This document shows, piece after piece, positions 35,614 to 44,710 of a stretch of DNA of 64,000 bases (position 1 is the stretch's first letter; the number at the start of each line of letters is the position of its first letter). Source of the stretch: a virus (taxonomy: Duplodnaviria; Caudoviricetes); the IMG/VR virus record IMGVR_UViG_2511231106_000004, positions 32,001-96,000 of that record; one strand, 5' to 3'. Made by a program: the position numbers and the translations under genes. The notes under the pieces were generated by a model. The model was not told the origin of the DNA, made no database searches, and saw only the letters and a list, made by a program, of their open reading frames with translations.

Positions 35614-37247
35614 GACAACTTCACCTCCTTCGTATGACCATCGTTAAATTGAAACAGCAATGTTTCGTTATCCTGTACTTCAATACGCTGCACTTGTGCT
35701 CTAAATGCTGTATCATCAAATTCCAATTTCCCCATTGTTTCTGCTGCCATACGCTGCAGCCATTCTTCTTTGATGCTTCTTACATGGATGCATCTATGTT
35801 CTCCCCGGCACCGCCAATAAGCCACTTTTCCATTCTTACGTTTCTCTAGACAACGTATGAATTTTGTCTGGCACGCAGGACATACAATGCGTTCCGAAAA
35901 AGCGGTATAACGGCCGGACGTATCACGCTGATGATACGTTTCCATCCATTGCCTCTGCTTTTTCTTCTGCTCATCCGTCCACATATCCTTTAAGGCTGTC
36001 GATTTCCATTCCTGTGTGATAACGTTTCCATCTTTGAAATGAAATACCAGCGTGTGATAAGAAGGAACAACAATCTTCTTTACCCGCTGAACAAACAGTT
36101 CTTCATCAAATTCATCTGTACCCAGAACGGCTGCGCATGCTTTTTTCAAAGCGGGCTGCGGGATGGAGCCATAGGCCCCGCAGTTTGTCCCCTTGCCCTT
36201 ATGCGAATCACAGGTCCAGTATTCCCGTATTCTTCCCTTGTATTTCCGAACAACATGGACATAGCTTTTCCCGCAGATGCCACATTTGATGATCCCCGTA
36301 AAGCAAGAGGTGTTCAAAAAATCCCTGGCATATCCGCCCCGCTGCATTCCCATTTCCTTGCGATTCTTTAATTCCTGCTGAACCCGTTCAAACATATCAG
36401 AAGAAATTATGGCTTCATGATGCCATTCCACTACATACCTATTCCTTTCTCCATGATTAACGGCCTGGCGTTTGGTAATAGGGTCCGTCACAAAGGTTTT
36501 CTGAATCTCAAGAACGCCCGTATAAATCCGATTCGTAAGAATCTGCCTGATACTGGCATCTTTGAAATAGTTCCCATACATGGTGCGAATCTCCCGCCGC
36601 TTTAGTTCCCGTAATATATCTTTTCTGGTTCTGCCCTGCAGATAGGCATCAAAAATTTCTCTGACAATCGCGGCCTCTTCTGGTTGGATGACCAGATTAT
36701 CTTTCTCCCAGCAATAGCCGTAAACGAAGAACTTTGCATGAGGAATCCCCTGTTCAAACTTTTTACGAAACCGCCACTTGATATTATCACTGATGGATCG
36801 GCTTTCTTCCTGGGCAAAAGAGGCAAGGATGGTCAGCATCAACTCTCCATCTCCGCTCATGGTATGGATATTTTCTTTCTCAAACCAGACTTCAATACCC
36901 AGTTCTTTCAGGTGACGTACCGTCTGCAGAAGGTCAACCGTGTTTCGGGCAAACCGCTGGATGGATTTGGTCAGGATGATGTCTATCTTCCCGGCTTCGG
37001 CATCTTCCAGCATCCGCCGGAATTCCTGCCTCTTCTTTATCCCCGTCCCAGAGATGCCGTAGTCCGCATAGACCCCGGCGTATTCCCAATTCGGATTTTT
37101 CTGTATCAGCTTGCTATAATAACTGACCTGTGCCGAAAGGGAATGGTGCATCCGCTCCGATTCCATGGAGACACGGGCATAGGCTGCCACTTTCTTTCGT
37201 TGTTTCAGTCCGGATATTTTTTGTTCGATTTTACGGATAGTCCGCAT
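35610..37247 (-). CDS. Large serine recombinase
   Basis: 'YARVS', 'DYGISGT', 'TKSIQRFARN', two zinc-ribbon-like CxxC regions. Confidence 0.93.
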   Translation of the reverse strand: MRTIRKIEQKISGLKQRKKVAAYARVSMESERMHHSLSAQVSYYSKLIQKNPNWEYAGVYADYGISGTGIKKRQEFRRMLEDAEAGKIDIILTKSIQRFARNTVDLLQTVRHLKELGIEVWFEKENIHTMSGDGELMLTILASFAQEESRSISDNIKWRFRKKFEQGIPHAKFFVYGYCWEKDNLVIQPEEAAIVREIFDAYLQGRTRKDILRELKRREIRTMYGNYFKDASIRQILTNRIYTGVLEIQKTFVTDPITKRQAVNHGERNRYVVEWHHEAIISSDMFERVQQELKNRKEMGMQRGGYARDFLNTSCFTGIIKCGICGKSYVHVVRKYKGRIREYWTCDSHKGKGTNCGAYGSIPQPALKKACAAVLGTDEFDEELFVQRVKKIVVPSYHTLVFHFKDGNVITQEWKSTALKDMWTDEQKKKQRQWMETYHQRDTSGRYTAFSERIVCPACQTKFIRCLEKRKNGKVAYWRCRGEHRCIHVRSIKEEWLQRMAAETMGKLEFDDTAFRAQVQRIEVQDNETLLFQFNDGHTKEVKLS

Positions 37248-37292
37248 AGAATCAGCTCCTTTCAACACTATATATCCCTCTTTTTTAACCAA

Positions 37293-37457
37293 TTAGCAAG
37301 TATATAAATCGCCAGAAAAGGTCTGATATTTTCGTAGCATCTCCTGCTCGAAAGCCCGGTACTCCTTCTTGGTGATAAGCTTTTCCGCCAGCATCACTCT
37401 CGCCAGATACATCGTCACCTGGAAGGTTGCTTCATTACGAAATAACCTTTTATCCAT
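37293..37457 (-). CDS. Small SHOCT-like protein of tandem-recombinase modules
   Basis: 'ML.EKLITKKEY' short ORF directly upstream of the recombinases. Confidence 0.6.
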   Translation of the reverse strand: MDKRLFRNEATFQVTMYLARVMLAEKLITKKEYRAFEQEMLRKYQTFSGDLYTC

Positions 37458-37842
37458 GGCGGACACCCCCGAACCTATAGGAAATATAACAGGCATGGGA
37501 GCAGAACTTCCGATGGCTGTTGCCATAGACGCTGAACTTCTTGCCGCAGTTCGGGCAGGTAAAGGTATAGACAGTCTTCCGCTTCACCAGCTCCAGATGT
37601 GTGTTCCACCACTTGTTCCGGCAGCCATCGCAGCAGAACCGTTTCCGCTTGCGTCCCGGATTCTGGACTACGGGTTTCCCGCACTGCTCGCATACTGCCC
37701 CATCTGTTCTGGCCGCCAGACTGTGCCGCCGGCAGAACGACTTCACCGTATTGATGGAAATCTGGAGCTGCATCGCTATCCTACCATACCCTGCCCCAGC
37801 TCGGCGCAGAGCAATAATCTGTTGTTTCTGTTCGTCCGTCAT
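37450..37842 (-). CDS. HTH + zinc-finger DNA-binding protein
   Basis: 'GAGYGRIA..LQISINTVKSFCRR' HTH; CEQCG...FCCDGC, CPNCG...FCSHAC. Confidence 0.8.
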   Translation of the reverse strand: MTDEQKQQIIALRRAGAGYGRIAMQLQISINTVKSFCRRHSLAARTDGAVCEQCGKPVVQNPGRKRKRFCCDGCRNKWWNTHLELVKRKTVYTFTCPNCGKKFSVYGNSHRKFCSHACYISYRFGGVRHG

Positions 37843-37916
37843 GATGGATACCTCCTGAATTTTTGGTCTTCAGGAGTAACAGGACAGAACGGCTATTACT
37901 AAGTACTATAAAAACA

Positions 37917-37964
37917 AAAAAAGCCGATACGGAACATCCTTCCCGATGTTCCGTATCGGCTTTT
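37917..37964. terminator. Strong intrinsic terminator after the lysis module
   Basis: AAGCCGATACGGAACATC-cttccc-GATGTTCCGTATCGGCTT with A/T tails. Confidence 0.85.
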
Positions 37965-37965
37965 C

Positions 37966-38238
37966 TCATGCAATCTTCTGCTTTGCATCAGCCACAATAG
38001 CCTTGACCGCTTGCTGCAGCAAAGTAATATACAGCCTGTTCCGAATCTTCACCCACCAGCTGGTGGTGGTCTGGATTTCTGCTTCCAACGGATCTGTGAG
38101 GTTCTTCATCTGCGCTTCCACCAGCTTCTGGATGTCCTCCAGGTCGATGGACTTGATGGCCGCTTCGGCTTCGCTTCTGGCAAAGTCTACGACGGCATTG
38201 GCGACGGCTTTCTTGATTTCTTCACGGTTCATAGTCAT
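37966..38238 (-). CDS. Hypothetical lysis-module protein
   Basis: Overlaps the amidase stop; Ala/Lys-rich helical 90 aa. Confidence 0.6.
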   Translation of the reverse strand: MTMNREEIKKAVANAVVDFARSEAEAAIKSIDLEDIQKLVEAQMKNLTDPLEAEIQTTTSWWVKIRNRLYITLLQQAVKAIVADAKQKIA

Positions 38239-38792
38239 TTACCTCCTAGAATCAGTTGTTCATAATCTGTCACTCCCCTGGCAACTGCTCTGGCCATGGC
38301 ATCCTGGGCGTTTGCAAGGATTTCTTCATCGCCAGGATTGGTGATAAAGGCCAGCTCGACCAGGACGGCGGGCATATCCGTGTTTGTGAGAACATACAGG
38401 CCGTTGACGCCGGGCGTAGCGATTTTCACGCCACGGTCGGTGATATCAAGGGCATCTACCAACTGGCTCTGGATGCAGCTGGCCAGCACGCTGCCACGGT
38501 AACTGCCGGCACAGGCCCAGGTTTCTGTGCCGTTGGCTTCTTCGGCTTCAGCGGCATTGCAGTGGATGGATACGAAGATGTCGGCGTCACTGCTGTTCGC
38601 CGCTTCGCAGATATCGTACAGGCTGTCGGACTGGAGCAGTTCGGTTTCAACACCAGCGGCATTCAGATAGCTTTCCGCAGATTCACCTACAGCCAGTGCC
38701 ACATCACATTCGCGCAGCCCCGTTTCTCCGTTCACGGCACCGGGGTCAGGATTGCCGTTCAGCGCATGGCCGGGATTCAGGAATACTTTCAT
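38235..38792 (-). CDS. Endolysin, N-acetylmuramoyl-L-alanine amidase (Amidase_3)
   Basis: 'LNPGH', 'FVSIHCNA', 'MPAVLVELAFITN'. Confidence 0.93.
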   Translation of the reverse strand: MKVFLNPGHALNGNPDPGAVNGETGLRECDVALAVGESAESYLNAAGVETELLQSDSLYDICEAANSSDADIFVSIHCNAAEAEEANGTETWACAGSYRGSVLASCIQSQLVDALDITDRGVKIATPGVNGLYVLTNTDMPAVLVELAFITNPGDEEILANAQDAMARAVARGVTDYEQLILGGK

Positions 38793-38974
38793 GATTTATC
38801 TTCTCCTTTCTGGTTGGCGGCGGACTTTACGGTACCGCCGATATAGCCAAGCAGGCCGGATGCGATGGACATGGCCAGCTCGTTGAGATTATAAAAAATG
38901 GCCATGATCAGGGCTGTGACCAGCCCAATGATGACCAAACAATCGGGGATATTCACTTTTTCAAACAAACTCAT
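38789..38974 (-). CDS. Putative holin
   Basis: 61 aa, two hydrophobic segments, charged C-terminus, directly upstream of the endolysin. Confidence 0.65.
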   Translation of the reverse strand: MSLFEKVNIPDCLVIIGLVTALIMAIFYNLNELAMSIASGLLGYIGGTVKSAANQKGEDKS

Positions 38975-39828
38975 CCCACCACCTTAATGGTTAATACCAC
39001 TTCTGCCTTTGTTGCTGAGGCTTCTGCCAGATAGGAATACAAAGCATCCGATATTTCCCCAATCATTATGACCCCCAGATCATCATCTTTCTCATAGAAC
39101 AATTCTGTGGTATCCGATATTCCTGTCCCTGTCGTAAGTTCAACTTTGCAACCTGCATATCGTTTTTCTTCATCCAACAGGAACAGCAGCCCTTTACGGC
39201 TTCCATTTTCCAGAGCCCCCACGCCGACTATCTTAGGGCTTTCCGGGGATTGCTTCGTCGTCATAAGCATATGGCCAGTCAGCCACTGCGTGCCCTGTCC
39301 CGTCATCGTAAGGCTTACATCTGTAAAAGGAACAGTGGGAATCGGGGCGGCGTCGGTTGCACTGACAATCATGCCATTACTGATGGGTGCCGATATATAA
39401 GCAAGTTGAGGATTGGTACTGCTGCTTTCCTGCTCTTCCCCGTTGATAGTGATTTTCCCCGCATAATAATCGGTATCTGCTTTCAAGTTGATGCTCAAGG
39501 TATCCTGATACGTTGTAGCATATACGGTATTTCCATCTGAGTCTGTTTGTGAGGATAACTCCGGATGGTTGCAGGTAAGCGTAATGGTCTGATGCTCTTT
39601 TTGAATCAGGGTTATCGTCTTTCGTGCATCTGCCTGTGACAGGTCAGCCGTCCCCGTCACCAGTTCACCCTCTGAGGTATAAAACTTTTTCCCCTTAGCC
39701 ACATCGGCGGCTTTCGCCGTTGTGTCAGACACTTCGCAGAACCGTGCCCTGCCGCCGTTTTTTAGGGGAATCAGGATGGATGGCACTTCGCTGTAACTGG
39801 CTCCGGCTATCGTCACATTTACCTTCAT
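38971..39828 (-). CDS. Putative tail fibre/receptor-binding accessory protein
   Basis: N-terminus paralogous to 39841..40347; 'TTAKAADVAKGKKFY' fibre-type repeat; unrelated C-terminal part. Confidence 0.5.
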   Translation of the reverse strand: MKVNVTIAGASYSEVPSILIPLKNGGRARFCEVSDTTAKAADVAKGKKFYTSEGELVTGTADLSQADARKTITLIQKEHQTITLTCNHPELSSQTDSDGNTVYATTYQDTLSINLKADTDYYAGKITINGEEQESSSTNPQLAYISAPISNGMIVSATDAAPIPTVPFTDVSLTMTGQGTQWLTGHMLMTTKQSPESPKIVGVGALENGSRKGLLFLLDEEKRYAGCKVELTTGTGISDTTELFYEKDDDLGVIMIGEISDALYSYLAEASATKAEVVLTIKVVG

Positions 39829-39840
39829 GGCCTTCCCTCC

Positions 39841-40347
39841 TTACTCGACAGTCAGGATTTTCGTCAGGCTGTCCTGGGAAACGGAAACGGTCGTCAGACT
39901 GCCCGTCACCTTGGTACCATTGATGTAGGCCGTCTTACCGCTGACAATCGTCCCCGCGGCGGCGGTGGCATCACTGGTATCGACTACGCTGGACTTGCCG
40001 CTGATGCCGAGGACCGTCACCCCGGACTTGATGTTGCCGCTGACGAGCTTGGCCTGTTCTTCTTTGCTGATACGCACAGAGCCGCTGCCATTATGAAAGC
40101 CGGCCGGGATGGTATAGGCGCCATCAGCTTTGGCAATGCTGCCGCTGACCGCACCGTTGTCAGTCATCGTCCCGATAACAGACCCGCTGCCCAGGAAAAC
40201 TGACTTGCCGTTCAGGATATCGCCGGAAGAGGCCGTAGCGCCAGAGGTATCATAAAAGACCGCGCTGCCCTCCCCTTCTGCCAGGGGAATCGATACCTGC
40301 GGCACTTCTGCATAGATAACGGAATTGATTTTTACGTTCTTCGCCAT
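39841..40347 (-). CDS. Putative tail fibre accessory protein
   Basis: Internal repeats 'ATASSGDILNGKSVF' / 'ATAAAGTIVSGKTAY'; 'IPAGFHNGSG', 'NIKSGVTVLG'. Confidence 0.55.
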   Translation of the reverse strand: MAKNVKINSVIYAEVPQVSIPLAEGEGSAVFYDTSGATASSGDILNGKSVFLGSGSVIGTMTDNGAVSGSIAKADGAYTIPAGFHNGSGSVRISKEEQAKLVSGNIKSGVTVLGISGKSSVVDTSDATAAAGTIVSGKTAYINGTKVTGSLTTVSVSQDSLTKILTVE

Positions 40348-40360
40348 GTTGATTGCTCCT

Positions 40361-40612
40361 TTACTCGACTTTTAATTCATAGCCATTGAAACTGATCCTG
40401 CCATAATTCGACGGAATGGCAGCCACCGTCACTTTGGAAAGAGCAGTATACCCGCCGTCTGCGGTGATGACCTGCTCCTGAGCCGTTGGAGTGACTCGCT
40501 TTCCCTGGTACGCTTCGGACGGCGCCTGCGGCATAGAAAGAATGCCGACCAGAGAATTTCTTTTAAGAGGTAGGGAAACAAAGCCTGCTAAATTACTTTC
40601 ATTCTGTGCCAC
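40361..40612 (-). CDS. Hypothetical tail-associated protein
   Basis: 'VTPTAQEQVITADGGYTALSKVTVAAIP' phage fibre-like motif. Confidence 0.55.
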   Translation of the reverse strand: MAQNESNLAGFVSLPLKRNSLVGILSMPQAPSEAYQGKRVTPTAQEQVITADGGYTALSKVTVAAIPSNYGRISFNGYELKVE

Positions 40613-40967
40613 GCTCCATCACGCTCCTTTCCAGGAAAAAATCCCTGGCCGGGATGATGGTATCGGTATAGCCAGTTCCCCGCACGAGCTTCACTTCATA
40701 GATATACCGGCCACAGGATAAATGCCGTGTATCTTCCGGCAGGAATACCAGAACACAGCTGTCCTGCTCCTGACGGATGCCCTGGCCCAGCGTTTTCGTG
40801 AGGACAGGGTCCTTATCCGTAATGAAGCGTTTCAGTGTAAAGGTCAGGCGGTCGCCGTCCCCCGGGATAAAGACACTGCCCGTTACCCGGTCGCGGATGG
40901 TCAGGTCGAATTCTGCTGAATCGCCCCGCGTCAGATGGATCCGGTTCTTCACTACAAAAAAGCTCAT
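40599..40967 (-). CDS. BppU-like baseplate/Ig-fold protein
   Basis: 'IHLTRGDS', 'LPEDT..L..GRYIYEV' pattern. Confidence 0.55.
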   Translation of the reverse strand: MSFFVVKNRIHLTRGDSAEFDLTIRDRVTGSVFIPGDGDRLTFTLKRFITDKDPVLTKTLGQGIRQEQDSCVLVFLPEDTRHLSCGRYIYEVKLVRGTGYTDTIIPARDFFLERSVMERGTE

Positions 40968-40979
40968 CTCCCTCACCTC

Positions 40980-41237
40980 CTACTCATTCTGCCGTTGCTC
41001 AATCACATCCAGGCGATGCTGCACGTGCCCCGTAGCTTCTTCCACCCGGGACAACCGCTCTGCCATCTGCTGTCGTTTGGATTCCGTATCGGATAGTTGC
41101 CTGCGCAGATGATCAATGCACTCCTGCAGGCTCCGTACTGATTGATTTAAGGGTTTGATGACGCTGAAATTGAAGATAACGCCGCAGAGCATCAGGACCG
41201 ATACCAGAGATGCGGCCATCTGTAACCATTCAGCCAT
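40980..41237 (-). CDS. Membrane-anchored coiled-coil protein (XhlA/holin-like)
   Basis: N-terminal TM helix then coiled coil 'ERLSRVEE...HRLD'. Confidence 0.6.
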   Translation of the reverse strand: MAEWLQMAASLVSVLMLCGVIFNFSVIKPLNQSVRSLQECIDHLRRQLSDTESKRQQMAERLSRVEEATGHVQHRLDVIEQRQNE

Positions 41238-41249
41238 ATTTCTCACCTC

Positions 41250-42233
41250 CTATCCCGTCCGCTGAAACATGTACACGACGATGGACGGCTGCATGTTGTT
41301 GTGCGGCTGGCCGCCACCCGTCCGGGAAAGGCTGTGGGAATGATTTCCATCCCAGGACGTATGCCCGTCTACCTGATTGCCATGCCAGCAGCCGTCGCCA
41401 TAGCCTACGGCCACAGGTGCATCATTGCCTTCACAGGCATCCCACTGGAAGTTGCGCGGCAATGCCCCGCAGGACCAGTGACGATGATTTCCGCTGTCTC
41501 CGACTGTATGGCCATGAGCCGGAGTTTCTGGAATCGTAAGATTGTGCTTCTCTTCGCCCAGTTTGTCCCCGGCCTTGTACATGGTCCCGCTGTCTGCCGC
41601 CCCGGCCCCGATCAGGCACCTCCCCATGGCAAAGGCCACCCAGGTCGTACCCGGCCAGTACGTTGCCGGATTCTTCCCGTCCGCAGAAATGTAGATGGCA
41701 TTGACAGGGAACGGACAGGCCTGGATTTTGGCCACGGCTTCCTCGTCCATATCGGCGTAGGTGACCTTGCCCCAGCTGCCGTTGCTGTGCAGGACCGTAT
41801 TCAGCTTCCCCGCAGCCGGTGACGGGACCATGCCGCTCTGGCCTGCTGTCTTTTCGCCGCAGCCGCTGAAATCCGGCAGGGTGATATCCCTCGTGCCGTC
41901 AAACAGCACCCGGTGAATCTTCCGTCCCGTCTGCAGCTTCGACGCACTGGCTGCATTGCCGCTGATGCCGCTGGCATGGGCCTTGGCATCGGTCAGATGA
42001 GCATTGATGTCGGCTGCCGTAGCAGAAATTCGCTCATAGAGCCGGGCATCATTACTGACCAGCTGGGACACGGTCCTGTTCTGCTGATTGAAGACGACCG
42101 GGTCTTCCGAAAGATACTGAGGGAAAAGCACATCATAATCCAGCGTATTTTCTACGGCTTCTGTCGGCCGGACTTCCTGCCCGGCCCGGTCCGGAAAATC
42201 TGCTGACCACTTCTCCTTGATATACTCAGCCAC
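41250..42233 (-). CDS. Tail fibre / baseplate tip protein
   Basis: 'GNAASASKLQTGRKI...FDGTRDITL', 'FPVNAIYIS...NPATYWPGTTW', HxH motifs, 'HNNMQP...YMFQRT'. Confidence 0.8.
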   Translation of the reverse strand: MAEYIKEKWSADFPDRAGQEVRPTEAVENTLDYDVLFPQYLSEDPVVFNQQNRTVSQLVSNDARLYERISATAADINAHLTDAKAHASGISGNAASASKLQTGRKIHRVLFDGTRDITLPDFSGCGEKTAGQSGMVPSPAAGKLNTVLHSNGSWGKVTYADMDEEAVAKIQACPFPVNAIYISADGKNPATYWPGTTWVAFAMGRCLIGAGAADSGTMYKAGDKLGEEKHNLTIPETPAHGHTVGDSGNHRHWSCGALPRNFQWDACEGNDAPVAVGYGDGCWHGNQVDGHTSWDGNHSHSLSRTGGGQPHNNMQPSIVVYMFQRTG

Positions 42234-42792
42234 TTGCCGTCACTCCTTTCCCGGATACGATAGTCGCTGTCGAGAACGTCGCCTCGCCATCCCAGTGGAT
42301 CTTCCCGTTCCAAGAATAGCCCAGATAGATGGCATAGCCCAGATGGGCCGGCTTGTAGATGTTGAGCTGCGTGATGAGCTTCTGCAGGGTCGTGGTATCT
42401 TTGTCGTTCATGATGCAGTAGACCTTGAAGTAGTACTCCTCATTGACTTCCTCGATATGGCCGACACTGTAAAGATTGATGATGGAGTTCATGAAATCTT
42501 TCGTAGACACATCCACGTGCTGCAGCTTGAAGAGAATCCGCTGTCTGCGGAATTCGTCACTATCTCCGTCACCGGGCTTGATGCCCAGGAACGATTCATA
42601 AAGCGGCAGCGCCCAGGTGGCGGTGTTCACGAAGAAGTTGTCCGACAGGTCCTGCAGAGCCAGGCGCAGGCGGTTATGCTCCGTGCTGCAGGTATCTGCT
42701 GTCTTATTGAACATCGGGTCTTTCCCCAGGAATTTCGGCAGATAGTCCAGCACATCAATGGGGTGCTGCCTCATCCACTCATTCGCTGACAA
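42226..42792 (-). CDS. Baseplate wedge protein (YmfQ/DUF2313, XkdU-like)
   Basis: 'FVNTATWAL..YE..LGI', 'KPAHL'. Confidence 0.85.
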   Translation of the reverse strand: MSANEWMRQHPIDVLDYLPKFLGKDPMFNKTADTCSTEHNRLRLALQDLSDNFFVNTATWALPLYESFLGIKPGDGDSDEFRRQRILFKLQHVDVSTKDFMNSIINLYSVGHIEEVNEEYYFKVYCIMNDKDTTTLQKLITQLNIYKPAHLGYAIYLGYSWNGKIHWDGEATFSTATIVSGKGVTASG

Positions 42793-43846
42793 GGTTCAGC
42801 ACCACCTTTCCGACTACCGGGATCTGCTCATTGGTCAGGCGGATGTTCTCCGCCTTGCCGCTAAGTTTCAGGTTCCGGTAGTCTGTAATCCCGTTCACGC
42901 CCAGAATGAGCCGCCCAATCTGTGCCAGGCTGACATAGGACAGGCTGAAACCTGTATTCTTGAAATAGGCAGACACAGCATCTGTCACCGCATCGGCATT
43001 GACGGTGCCGTACACTTCTGCCGTAATATCCACAGATACGGGTGCCGGAGATACCACAGTCACGGTGGCCCCGATGGGCCGCTGGGATTCGATGTACCGG
43101 GACACTTTCTGGATCAGCTCCTTGGAAGCAGATTCATTCTCTGCCGTCACAATGATGACTTTCACCGTACCGTTCCCGTTCCAGAGCGGGATGACCTTGC
43201 AGTTGCCCACCCCGTCCACGGACATGGCCCAGGAGCGGTAGTGGTTGGCATTGCCGGATGTGATGGGCTGGCGGACCCGGAACAGGAGCCGTGCCAGAAG
43301 GGCCGCATCGGTTTCCTCATCAGCCCCGTCCGTGCATTTCTCCGGATTGGTCACGCTGTATACATTGGGGATGGAATAAGGGATTTCCGTAATCGTCCCC
43401 GGTGCCACATTCCCTTTCACCCCTGTATCTGCGGCCTGGACAGCAATGTCTGCTTCCGTTCCGTCAGATGGAATCGTAGCGGATTCTGTCGTATAGAAGC
43501 GCAGCCCGTCTTTCGTCTGGAACAGGCTGCCACGTATGATGTAAGCCCCGGACTGCCCGGTAACCGTCACTTGACCATTGGCCTTCACTGCCTGTTTTCG
43601 CTGGATACCGAATTCCTCAGCCCGGAGCGTCAGATATTCGCCCCAGGCAGTTTCAGCAAATGCCGCGTCCCGCAGCATGGCCATCTCAGCATAGCTGTTC
43701 TCGAATTCCACGGCATTGGCATCAATCATATCCCGGGCAAAAGAGCCTTCGATAGCCGTCTTGTCCGTATCGGTCAGCGTGTGCAGGGTCTGCACCATGC
43801 GGCTCTCAATCTGGTCTTTTGTCTGGGCATCGAACAAATCGCTCAT
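42779..43846 (-). CDS. Baseplate J/gp47 family (XkdT-like)
   Basis: 'TAWGEYL', 'GADEETD', 'SGNANHYRSWA..VDGVG...PLWNGNGTVKV'. Confidence 0.92.
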   Translation of the reverse strand: MSDLFDAQTKDQIESRMVQTLHTLTDTDKTAIEGSFARDMIDANAVEFENSYAEMAMLRDAAFAETAWGEYLTLRAEEFGIQRKQAVKANGQVTVTGQSGAYIIRGSLFQTKDGLRFYTTESATIPSDGTEADIAVQAADTGVKGNVAPGTITEIPYSIPNVYSVTNPEKCTDGADEETDAALLARLLFRVRQPITSGNANHYRSWAMSVDGVGNCKVIPLWNGNGTVKVIIVTAENESASKELIQKVSRYIESQRPIGATVTVVSPAPVSVDITAEVYGTVNADAVTDAVSAYFKNTGFSLSYVSLAQIGRLILGVNGITDYRNLKLSGKAENIRLTNEQIPVVGKVVLNLVSE

Positions 43847-44292
43847 GCAAGACTCCTTTCTGCGGCAACCGTAATGCTTTCATCGCTGTAAATGGATGTC
43901 ACATCCACCAGAATGAACAATTCATCTTTCTCCCGCTTTTCCACATCCACCCGGTTGATCCGTGCAATATAGGGATTAACGGCCAGCCCCTCCCGGATAT
44001 TCTGGCAGATCTGGTCTGCTGTATAGACGCTGTTGGGCATCGCCCCCTGATAGGGTTCAATGGTAATGCCGTATTCATCATGGTAGGCCAGATACCGATA
44101 TCGTTCCGTCATCAGGGCTTTATAAATCCACACTTTGAGAGCTTCATCTTCTGTCACGGTGATGTTGTTCCCGTTCTCGTCATAGCGGAACCGATGCTTC
44201 TCAAAGTCATAGCCGTATTCCGAAAGGAGCGGCAATGTTTCTCTGGCACTGGTATCCGCTCCGGATGCCAAGGCCACAAAAGGATCAGCCAT
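43843..44292 (-). CDS. Baseplate protein DUF2634 (XkdS-like)
   Basis: 'EALKVWIYKAL.TERYRY.AY...YG'. Confidence 0.85.
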   Translation of the reverse strand: MADPFVALASGADTSARETLPLLSEYGYDFEKHRFRYDENGNNITVTEDEALKVWIYKALMTERYRYLAYHDEYGITIEPYQGAMPNSVYTADQICQNIREGLAVNPYIARINRVDVEKREKDELFILVDVTSIYSDESITVAAERSLA

Positions 44293-44704
44293 ATCCGTCC
44301 AACCTCACAATCTCATCTAAAATCACATACTGCTGGATTTTCCCGTTCACCAGCATGGGCATGATGGCGACTTTCATGCCCGGCTTCAAGGTATCCGTGG
44401 TAATCACCGAATCAGTGTAGTCGTTATGGATGTCGTGGTTATGCGACTGATACGCCGCATCCCCGCTGCCGCCTTCCCGGTTCTGGGTAGCCGATACCAG
44501 ATGGCCCCGGGCCGTCCTGCCGTAGCCTGCCAGAAGGTAATGGGAAATCCACAGTTCCTCTTTGGTCAGGACGATGCCGTTGTATTTCACCTGGATGTCC
44601 GGCGGAGATTGGAGTATCTCGCCAATCTGGATGGACGGGCTGTTGCTGCTCCGCGATACCTGCTCCATGAGGTTCAGCAGACTGATGTATGGATTTTTCT
44701 GCAT
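44285..44704 (-). CDS. DUF2577 (XkdR-like) spike-type protein
   Basis: 'IGEILQSPP', 'SHNH', 'LKPG.KV'; position. Confidence 0.75.
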   Translation of the reverse strand: MQKNPYISLLNLMEQVSRSSNSPSIQIGEILQSPPDIQVKYNGIVLTKEELWISHYLLAGYGRTARGHLVSATQNREGGSGDAAYQSHNHDIHNDYTDSVITTDTLKPGMKVAIMPMLVNGKIQQYVILDEIVRLDGYG

Positions 44705-44710
44705 CTCCCG

